IMG/VR virus record: IMGVR_UViG_3300032239_000357
Span: 1 to 25,325 of that record
Source: a virus
Taxonomy: Duplodnaviria > Caudoviricetes
Strand: one strand, 5' to 3'
Length of the DNA: 25,325 nt
In this document: one piece after another, positions 9,100 to 16,749 of the stretch
How the letters are laid out: every line of letters starts with the position of its first letter
Numbering within the stretch: the first letter of the stretch is position 1
Notes under the pieces: model-generated
Database searches by the model: none
What the model saw: only the letters and a program-made list of their open reading frames with translations
Told to the model about the DNA's origin: nothing
Program-made: the position numbers and the translations under genes

Positions 9100-12000
9100 A
9101 TGGCGACTCTTCAAACTAACCTCTCTAGCTCCCCATACTTTGATACCTTTAAAGAAACAGGAAACTATTATAGAGTACTCTATAAGCCTTCCGTTGCAGT
9201 ACAGGTACGCGAGCTCAACGAGGTTCAGTCTATATTCCAAGATCAGATCAACAAGCTTGGAAGGAGCGTCTTTAAAGAAGGCTCTATCATAGAAGGCTGT
9301 ACTTTTAGCTTTGATTATAATAGACCGTACGTAAAGGTGAGTGATAACTACAGCAACGGTACGGCGTTTACTATAACAGACTTTCAAGATAAGTTTGTAT
9401 TGAATAGAAACGGTCTCAAGGCTAAGATCGTAGCGACTAGGACTGGATTCTCGTCACAGGATCCAGACACAAATACGCTGTATCTAAAGTATAGAAACTC
9501 AGCGATATATGCTAACGGTATCCCTCAGACTACATTTGATTCCGGCGAAGATCTAAGTATAGTTACTTCAGCTAACGTGCTGATCGGTAATATATCAGTT
9601 CTTACAGTTACAAATGCTATAGGTGTATCTTATGCAGCTAGAGTCACTGACGGCGTAATATTCAAGAAAGGACTGATGCTGAACGTCAAGGGACAGTCAG
9701 TAACAGTACTTCCATACGCTAACAACCCCGACAATCTATCAGTCGGTTTTGAAGCAGTAGAGTCTATCGAGACCGCTTCTTCTAATTCTTCTCTCTATGA
9801 CAACGCGGCCGGATCACCAAACTATCTTGCACCCGGTGCAGACCGTCTTAGAATCGATCCTACTCTTGTAGTCAGGACTACCGACAGCGTCACTAATACC
9901 TCTACGTTCTTCTCTCTAGTTGATTTTAAGGGCGGTAACCCAGTAACTATCAAGCAAGATCCACAGGTAGAGATCTTAACAGACGAGATAGCTCGCCGCA
10001 CTTTTGAGACCAGCGGTGACTTCGTAGTCGCGCCTTTCATTATGACTACTGAGAACCTAGCAAATACTTCTGATCCTCAATATGCTACAAAGTTAAACCT
10101 CGTAGTAAGCAGGGGCCTCGGCTACGTTAAGGGGTACAGGATCGAGTATCTTAACAACAACGTTGCTAAGTTTAGAAAGTCTACAGACTATAAGTCTACT
10201 AGTGGTCAGATAGTCACTGCTAACTATGGAAACTACTTTTATGTAAATGAAGTATCTGGCCAGTTCTTTAGCAACTCATCGATCATATCGGTAGATCTAT
10301 ATAACGCTCCATTGACTTCAGTCTCAAGCGGCGCACTTCTATCTGTAAGTCCATCTGCTACTAATAAGATCGGTACCGGTTACATAAGAGGATTCTCTTA
10401 CGTCGACGGCACGATGGGCACTAAAGATGCTAGATACGCTCTGTATCTATTCAACTACGCCGACAATATGACTGGCGGCTTCAGCCCATCAGACATTAGG
10501 TCTATAGTCTATAACAACGGTGGTATCAAGGGTGTAGCGGACGTAGTTACACAGAAGCAGGGTACTCTAGCTACTAATACAGCCGTGCTTCAGCAGTCTA
10601 ACATCAACGTTATGATGTTCAACTTCGGTCAGAAGGCTATCAAGGCCGACGGCTTTAATAACACGAGCTTCGTCTATAGAAACAAGGTATCGTCTTCTGT
10701 TCTAACCAACGGCAACGCGGCTATAACTATACCGGCTGCAGGCGGTACTGGAACTGAGTCTCTTCCATACGGCGCAGGACAGCTCACTCAGGCGCTCCAA
10801 GAAGAGTTTCATATCGTAGCTACTTCGTCTAGCTATACAGCAAACCTAACAGGCAACGTTGCGGTATCTTCTTCGTCTAACGCAGTCACTGGCGCGTACG
10901 GCACTACATTCTTGACTTCTTTCTATCCAGGTGACTACATCTACGTTCAAGGAGATAGTCGTCTAATTACCGGCATAACCAACAATTCTTACCTGAATGT
11001 TCTTTCTCCGTTTTCTGCATCTAATGCGAACTCTAGGTATGCTAAGTCGTTCCCAGCAGGAGCGGTAGTTCCTATAAGTGATAGGCCAAACAGGTATATC
11101 TATATCAATAGTTCATCTGCTGCTACTATAGTTCTTGGTGAGACGCTCAACAGCTCGTTCAACATCGACGTTACTTATAATACAAGTAGAGCAGCCACAG
11201 TTCCTATAAAGAAGATAGTAAACCAAGACGTATACGTTAAGATCAGGCCTTCGAACAGCGCGGCTGGTCTGAGCGGTCCTTGGTCACTCGGACTGCCGGA
11301 CGTCTATCAGATAAGCAGCGTTTACATATCAAATGATGGATCGACATATTCTAGCTCAGGCACTGATTATAAGCAGTGGTTTACTCTAGACACTGGACAG
11401 AGAGACACATTCTACGGCCTAGCTAAGCTGCAGCAGTCTTCACCGTCAATACCTGGAATACAGATCAATGCTAATACAAGAATAACTGTAAAGTTAAGTC
11501 ACTTCACCTACGATCAGTCGTCTGGTCGTGGCTTCTTTACAGCTAACTCATATCCAATCGACGACGCTAATACTTCAAATACTACCGCTATAACTACGGC
11601 TGAGATCCCTGTATTTAGTTCATCATCAGGTAAGTCATATGATCTAAGGTCAGTGGTAGACTTTAGGCCGTTCGCAACGAATACTGCTACGAGTACTACT
11701 ACACTGGCTTCCGCGACTATCAATCCTTCTTCTACTGTAGCGTTTAGCGGGTCTCCGTATCTACCTGCTCCAGATTCAGACTTCCAGACTGACCTTCAAT
11801 ACTACCTTAGAAGAATAGATAGGGTCGCTATCGACACTACAGGTAATATAGTTATCACTGAAGGTGTACCGGTAGCAGCAAATCCAGGAGCTCCAGTAGA
11901 GCAGAGCGGTACTATGACGCTTGGTCTGGTATTTGTACCACCATATCCTACACTCTCGTCTGTAGAGGGAAAGACTTATAACAGGCCAGAATATACAGTA

Positions 12001-13983
12001 TCAACTCAGCCGATACAGAATCGTAGATATACGATGAAGAACATCGGTGAGATAGACAAGAGAATACAGAACATTGAGTACTACACCTCACTCAACTTAC
12101 TTGAGCAAGCAGCTTCTACTCTTCTAGTAAGAAGTACTTCTACCGGCCAGAACAGGTTCCAGAATGGTATATTCGCAGATCCTTTCAGAGACCATTCATA
12201 TGGTAACTTGGTAGATCCACAGTACTACATCGGAATAGACTCACAGGCTACTGAACTGAGGCCGGCACACGCGCAGTTTAGAAGCACTCTTGAGTATTCC
12301 CCTGCACTGAGTACTAACGTTAGAAAAAGAGGTGGTCTAGTACTTCTTGAACATACGACAAACAATTCTTTCATAACTCAGGGCTTTGCTTCTAAGTATA
12401 GAAACTGCGTAGAAGGAAACATATTCCACTACAACGGCACAGTGGTGTTGAGCCCATTCGGCACTGTCACACCTGACATCAATGCCCCTGTTACAGTATT
12501 GAACAATACGCTAGACCTCACTCAGAACTGGCAGACGCTTGACAAGGCGTGGGGAACTCAGTGGGGCAACTGGACTGAGATACCAGATACTGAAAAGGCT
12601 ACAAAGCTTTTAGTTGCCGGTTCTAAGAAAGAGACGGGAAACTTCGACAGCGACAGCGGTCTAGAAGATAAGACTACTACGCAGACTCTCGAGACTATTA
12701 GTAAACAGTATCAACAGGCCGGCACTCAATTAAATTCTAGTGTGATAGATAAGTCGACATTTAACCTCGGTACTTACGTAACTGACGTATCTATCCAGCC
12801 GTGGCTTAAGTCTTCTGTAATTAAGCTGTACATAAGGGGCATGAAGCCAAAGACCAGGTTGTACGTCTACCTAGACAACAAGCCTATGGCAGTTAACATC
12901 GCCCCTTACGCAAACGCCAGTTTTATAAAAGACGCTAACTATACTTCTACGAGCAGTAGCAGTGGATTCAATGGAGACGCTCTATACAGTGATTCGTACG
13001 GAAGGGCATGGGCTACTATGTATATTCCAGCTCATGATCCAGACGTACCTAATTCTGGATTCCAGGCTAGAGAGCTCCCAGTACTCATCACCGACGTATC
13101 AGACCTAGCGCAGGGTCTAGACGCGTCTACGACTTCTGCTACAGCAGTATTTGTCGGATCTGGTCTTACAGTCCAAAAAGGACAGTCTATCCTTTCAGTA
13201 AAAGACGTTGATCTCTCATACGATACAGTAGTCAGTAAGCCAAAAACAGTCGACTATCTTGGATATACTCAGACTGTCACGATTACAGACCATCCTACAA
13301 GCTCTTCTTGCGGCTGTGGCGGATGCTTTACTTACGACACTATAGTCGAGATGGCAGACGGAAGCACTAAGAAAATAATCGACGTGAAGATCGGAGATCG
13401 CGTATATAATAGAGACAAGACTTCTATAAACACCGTTAAGTTTATAGAGAAGACCGTCGATAATAGGTTTGAGAAGCTCTACAGCCCGACGCGCGCGCTT
13501 AAGCCGTTCGCTACTGTAAATCATCCTATATACATCGACGGTGTTCTATCAAGTGTAGACCCAGAAATGAACTACAACTTCTATCCATGGCTCGGTAGAA
13601 ACAATAAGATAGAAAATGCAGTACTAGAAGACGCTTCTGGCGACATGGTATATAATCTATGGGTAGACGGAGACGGCACGTATACAGTCAACGGCTACGG
13701 CACTACTTCTATAATCGGCGACGGCGCCGCTGTGAGGCAGGCTGTAGAGTATGGATACTTCACTGAGGAAGAGGCTGTAAATATAGTTCTTGGATACTCC
13801 GAATCAGGTCCGGCTACTTCTTATGGTTCTTATATCATTATTAATGCTCTTGCTATGCTTGACTTTAAGCCGCTTACTTGGCTGGCAGCAAAGGCCGTTA
13901 AGCGTGAAGGTAGCGGTAAGAAGATAATAGACACCATCTTTAATGTTACTGGAAGTATAGCTCTTCTATTCAATAGACAATGA
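9100..13983 (+). CDS. VrlC/DUF4815-like large virion structural protein (N-terminal part) with C-terminal Hint domain
   Basis: 1627 aa. SPYFD.F....NYYRVLYKPS.AVQVRELNEVQSIFQDQI, APGADRL, ARRTFETSGDF.V.PF, LDTGQRDTFY, DFRP, YYLRRIDR, NRRYTMKNIG.I.KRI.NIEYYTSL.LLE and NRFQNGIFADPF are typical of VrlC/DUF4815 phage proteins. SD-like AGAGGA upstream. Confidence 0.85.
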   Translation: MATLQTNLSSSPYFDTFKETGNYYRVLYKPSVAVQVRELNEVQSIFQDQINKLGRSVFKEGSIIEGCTFSFDYNRPYVKVSDNYSNGTAFTITDFQDKFVLNRNGLKAKIVATRTGFSSQDPDTNTLYLKYRNSAIYANGIPQTTFDSGEDLSIVTSANVLIGNISVLTVTNAIGVSYAARVTDGVIFKKGLMLNVKGQSVTVLPYANNPDNLSVGFEAVESIETASSNSSLYDNAAGSPNYLAPGADRLRIDPTLVVRTTDSVTNTSTFFSLVDFKGGNPVTIKQDPQVEILTDEIARRTFETSGDFVVAPFIMTTENLANTSDPQYATKLNLVVSRGLGYVKGYRIEYLNNNVAKFRKSTDYKSTSGQIVTANYGNYFYVNEVSGQFFSNSSIISVDLYNAPLTSVSSGALLSVSPSATNKIGTGYIRGFSYVDGTMGTKDARYALYLFNYADNMTGGFSPSDIRSIVYNNGGIKGVADVVTQKQGTLATNTAVLQQSNINVMMFNFGQKAIKADGFNNTSFVYRNKVSSSVLTNGNAAITIPAAGGTGTESLPYGAGQLTQALQEEFHIVATSSSYTANLTGNVAVSSSSNAVTGAYGTTFLTSFYPGDYIYVQGDSRLITGITNNSYLNVLSPFSASNANSRYAKSFPAGAVVPISDRPNRYIYINSSSAATIVLGETLNSSFNIDVTYNTSRAATVPIKKIVNQDVYVKIRPSNSAAGLSGPWSLGLPDVYQISSVYISNDGSTYSSSGTDYKQWFTLDTGQRDTFYGLAKLQQSSPSIPGIQINANTRITVKLSHFTYDQSSGRGFFTANSYPIDDANTSNTTAITTAEIPVFSSSSGKSYDLRSVVDFRPFATNTATSTTTLASATINPSSTVAFSGSPYLPAPDSDFQTDLQYYLRRIDRVAIDTTGNIVITEGVPVAANPGAPVEQSGTMTLGLVFVPPYPTLSSVEGKTYNRPEYTVSTQPIQNRRYTMKNIGEIDKRIQNIEYYTSLNLLEQAASTLLVRSTSTGQNRFQNGIFADPFRDHSYGNLVDPQYYIGIDSQATELRPAHAQFRSTLEYSPALSTNVRKRGGLVLLEHTTNNSFITQGFASKYRNCVEGNIFHYNGTVVLSPFGTVTPDINAPVTVLNNTLDLTQNWQTLDKAWGTQWGNWTEIPDTEKATKLLVAGSKKETGNFDSDSGLEDKTTTQTLETISKQYQQAGTQLNSSVIDKSTFNLGTYVTDVSIQPWLKSSVIKLYIRGMKPKTRLYVYLDNKPMAVNIAPYANASFIKDANYTSTSSSSGFNGDALYSDSYGRAWATMYIPAHDPDVPNSGFQARELPVLITDVSDLAQGLDASTTSATAVFVGSGLTVQKGQSILSVKDVDLSYDTVVSKPKTVDYLGYTQTVTITDHPTSSSCGCGGCFTYDTIVEMADGSTKKIIDVKIGDRVYNRDKTSINTVKFIEKTVDNRFEKLYSPTRALKPFATVNHPIYIDGVLSSVDPEMNYNFYPWLGRNNKIENAVLEDASGDMVYNLWVDGDGTYTVNGYGTTSIIGDGAAVRQAVEYGYFTEEEAVNIVLGYSESGPATSYGSYIIINALAMLDFKPLTWLAAKAVKREGSGKKIIDTIFNVTGSIALLFNRQ
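13324..13710 (+). other. Hint (Hedgehog/intein) autoprocessing domain within the VrlC-like ORF, with no homing endonuclease
   Basis: Block A GG|CFTYDTIVEMADGSTKKIIDVKIGDRV (Cys at 13324-13326, residue 1409), block B TxxH (FATVNHP, 13513-13524), block F VYNLWVDGDGTYTVNG. It ends ..NGYGTTS, with no terminal His-Asn. Confidence 0.88.
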
Positions 13984-13991
13984 AATAAATA
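13984..13991 (+). promoter_or_regulatory. Possible late promoter (AATAAATA, 1 mismatch to TATAAATA)
   Basis: In the 34-nt intergenic gap, followed by SD-like GAGGG and the ATG at 14018. Confidence 0.5.
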
Positions 13992-14017
13992 CATAAAATC
14001 GAGGGATTCAGCTACAA

Positions 14018-16525
14018 ATGAAGCCAATTGGACAGACGTTCTTTGTTAATAAAGATGGCTCCGCACAGTCTAAGTTTACAGTGCCGGGTGTATATATTAC
14101 GAGAGTAGACGTATACTTTAAGTCAATAAGTGATAACGCCGGAGTAAACTTAGAGATAAGGACCACCGACAACGGCGCTCCGACCTCGAATCGTCTTCCG
14201 TTTGCTCTAAAGTCTCTCGATCTAGATGATAAACACGCAAACGGATCACTGATCATAATAGCATCTGACGATGCCAGCAAACCTACTATATTTGAATTCG
14301 ATACTCCGATATTCGTTGAGAACCTCAAGTCCTACGCCATCGTAGTCTACCCAGACGGCGGTAACGACGAGTATAATATATGGACCGCTGAGATAGGTCA
14401 GAACGACGTTAATACCGGCAATCCTATATTCACAAACAACGACACCGGCGATCTATATCTATCGTCGAATGATAGGTCATGGCTTCCTGTTAATAATGAA
14501 GACATGAAGTTTAACATCTACGTCGCTGACTTCACTGCTTCTTCCGGTGAGGCCGTATTCACGACTCCGCACGAAGATTGGATCATCTATAAAGATACTA
14601 TCGGCAAATTCGCCATGAGAGAGAAAGTAGTTTTCTCAAACAACTACTTTAACATAGCGGTCCTTGGAGTTACAGGAATTTCTGGCACTTATAATACCGG
14701 TGATACGGTATGGCAGAACAATGGTTCTGCGAATGTCGTAGGTATTATATACTCAGCCAATACTACTGAGTGGAAGTTGTCAAACACTACCGGGTCATTC
14801 GTAGTCACTAGCGGTAGTAGCCCGAAGCTGTTCAACGCCACTACCGGCGGAAATACTTCAGTGACTGCAGTATCTCAGAATGTATCCGTTACATCGTCTT
14901 CGAACACGGTCTCACTTCCTGACTCCAGCATATTTACAGTCGGTAACGTTCTGTTCTTCACTAAGGCTAATGGAGCGAATGCGCAGGTCGTTCAAGTCAC
15001 TGCCAAGCCTTCTAATACGACGATCAACGTCAATAATGCTATCAACTATACAGACTCGAGCGCGCAGGTCGGAAGAGTCATGACTGACGGAGATCTCTAT
15101 GGCGGATACTCCGGAGCTATAGAATATAATAATCTGCAGTACGGTGTTCTCGACGACATGTCAGCGAACAGCTCGGTCAACCTGTCGAATATGGGCGGTT
15201 ATAAGATAATCGGAACGCAGACCGGTGCAGTAGCTACCCTTGCTGCCGGTTCTTATGATCCAGTCTATAACAGTCTAACACCACACTTCTATACTTCAGA
15301 GCCGGGAAATACTTCTATATCTTGGTACTTCAGAGGCTTTGCTAACAACGCTTCCTATACAGAAGACTCCGATTATACTCCTGTAGTTCCGCACACTACG
15401 AACGAGATGGTCGATATACCAAGAGTGGCGATGTCTAGGAGTAGTGAGTATGCAAGGCTGCCTATCGGTAGAAAGGGAGATCACTCTCTACTACTAAAAG
15501 GAGAGCTTCTCAGCTCTAACAACTTCATATCTCCGGTCATCTCAGACGTCAGAAGTGACATCACCTATACGTTCAACATAGTTCCAAGAGACTATGAGCT
15601 TAATGGATTCCACCTCACTGTCAGCAACGTCGGTACCATGACTACAGGCGATACTATTTCTCAGGCGTCTTATGGTAATACGACTACCGGCATCATCCAA
15701 GAAGCTAACTCGAGCTACATAAGGGTGGCCAACGTCAACGGCCGATTCATAAGCAACACCGCCTTTACAAATATGAACAACTCAAATACCGGCTTCGTAG
15801 AAGTAGCTACGAAGTATACTGAGTCAGCCAACAACGGCTACTTCAAGGTATCTAGGTACATATCAAAGAATATAAAGCTGGCGGATGTTCAAGACTCAGA
15901 AGACATGAGACTGTACATGTCTGCTTACAGGCCGGCAAATACTAACTTCAACGTATACGCTAAGATCCTGAATACTCTAGACCATACGGCATTTACGTCT
16001 AAGGACTGGACACAGCTCAGTGAGATCTCTCCGACTTCTCTACTCAGCAGTAGATCAAACCAGACAGACATGGTAGAGCTCATCTATGGATTCCCGCAGA
16101 GTAAGTATCTCTACACACAGAATACTGTGACTAGCAATACGTCTAATACGGTCTATATCGATTCTACATTCGGTCTGGCAAACAACGACTTTGTATACCT
16201 TCTGCCTAGTAACACCATATCTAGTACGACGAATCAGTTCAACGTCAGGCAGATAGTATACGTTGTAAACGCGACATCGTTCGTAGTAGACCGCCCGCCT
16301 TCGTTCAACACGTCTAACGGCGTGGTAGGTTACATACCTGACATCGACTCTACTCAGTCTGCTTTCTTGTACGATAGAAATAGTAACATTGTCAGATATT
16401 CTACAAACAACGATGTCGTATATGATACCTATATTCAGTTTGCGATTAAGATCATTCCGACAGCTGACTCAACTGCAGTTATACCAAGGGCAGGTGACGT
16501 CAGGGTCTTAGCACTTCAGGTATAA
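14018..16525 (+). CDS. Virion structural protein corresponding to the C-terminal part of VrlC/DUF4815-like proteins
   Basis: 835 aa. It begins MKPIGQTFFV...GVYITRVDVYFKS...LEIRTTDNGAPT...DDASKPTIFEFDTPIFV...YAIVV...YNIWTAEIGQ...G.LYLSSN.RSW.P...EDMKFNIY.ADF, the 'DPLAQTF' region normally found in the C-terminal half of VrlC-like proteins. It ends SRYISK.I.L...FAIKI.......IPR..DVRVLAL. Confidence 0.8.
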   Translation: MKPIGQTFFVNKDGSAQSKFTVPGVYITRVDVYFKSISDNAGVNLEIRTTDNGAPTSNRLPFALKSLDLDDKHANGSLIIIASDDASKPTIFEFDTPIFVENLKSYAIVVYPDGGNDEYNIWTAEIGQNDVNTGNPIFTNNDTGDLYLSSNDRSWLPVNNEDMKFNIYVADFTASSGEAVFTTPHEDWIIYKDTIGKFAMREKVVFSNNYFNIAVLGVTGISGTYNTGDTVWQNNGSANVVGIIYSANTTEWKLSNTTGSFVVTSGSSPKLFNATTGGNTSVTAVSQNVSVTSSSNTVSLPDSSIFTVGNVLFFTKANGANAQVVQVTAKPSNTTINVNNAINYTDSSAQVGRVMTDGDLYGGYSGAIEYNNLQYGVLDDMSANSSVNLSNMGGYKIIGTQTGAVATLAAGSYDPVYNSLTPHFYTSEPGNTSISWYFRGFANNASYTEDSDYTPVVPHTTNEMVDIPRVAMSRSSEYARLPIGRKGDHSLLLKGELLSSNNFISPVISDVRSDITYTFNIVPRDYELNGFHLTVSNVGTMTTGDTISQASYGNTTTGIIQEANSSYIRVANVNGRFISNTAFTNMNNSNTGFVEVATKYTESANNGYFKVSRYISKNIKLADVQDSEDMRLYMSAYRPANTNFNVYAKILNTLDHTAFTSKDWTQLSEISPTSLLSSRSNQTDMVELIYGFPQSKYLYTQNTVTSNTSNTVYIDSTFGLANNDFVYLLPSNTISSTTNQFNVRQIVYVVNATSFVVDRPPSFNTSNGVVGYIPDIDSTQSAFLYDRNSNIVRYSTNNDVVYDTYIQFAIKIIPTADSTAVIPRAGDVRVLALQV

Positions 16526-16526
16526 A

Positions 16527-16745
16527 ATGCACGATAGTTACCTCAAGGTAAAAGATAAGCCCGATCTGGTAAGAGATCCGTCCAGCAAGGCTATTCTGAA
16601 CCGTGACCTAGAAGCTCTAAATAAATACAAAGAAGAACGTGACTTTAGGCTCAAGCTCGTCAGGGTAGTCGAAGAGAGTGATACTATAAAGAATGATGTC
16701 GCTGAGATAAAGCAGATGTTGCAAAAAATTATAGGAAAAGTGTAG
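16527..16745 (+). CDS. Small conserved T4-like phage protein (C-terminal coiled coil)
   Basis: 72 aa. KVKDKPDLVRDPSSKAILN.D followed by heptad-like IKNDVAEIKQMLQKI. This type of small ORF commonly follows VrlC in T4-like phages (recollection, not searched). Confidence 0.75.
   Translation: MHDSYLKVKDKPDLVRDPSSKAILNRDLEALNKYKEERDFRLKLVRVVEESDTIKNDVAEIKQMLQKIIGKV
16620..16627 (+). promoter_or_regulatory. Possible late promoter (CTAAATAAATA)
   Basis: Overlapping CTAAATA/AATAAATA inside the small ORF, about 125 nt upstream of the fibre gene at 16750. Confidence 0.3.
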
Positions 16746-16749
16746 AAGA

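Noticed and set aside
13324-13710. Canonical self-splicing intein or homing-endonuclease mobile element
   Set aside because: Only ~129 aa, with no LAGLIDADG/HNH insert and no terminal His-Asn followed by Cys/Ser/Thr, so standard splicing is unlikely.
13981-14020. Stop readthrough or frameshift fusing the two VrlC halves
   Set aside because: The ORFs are in different frames, the downstream frame has a TAA at 13994-13996 just before its ATG, no slippery site is evident, and the second gene has its own SD.
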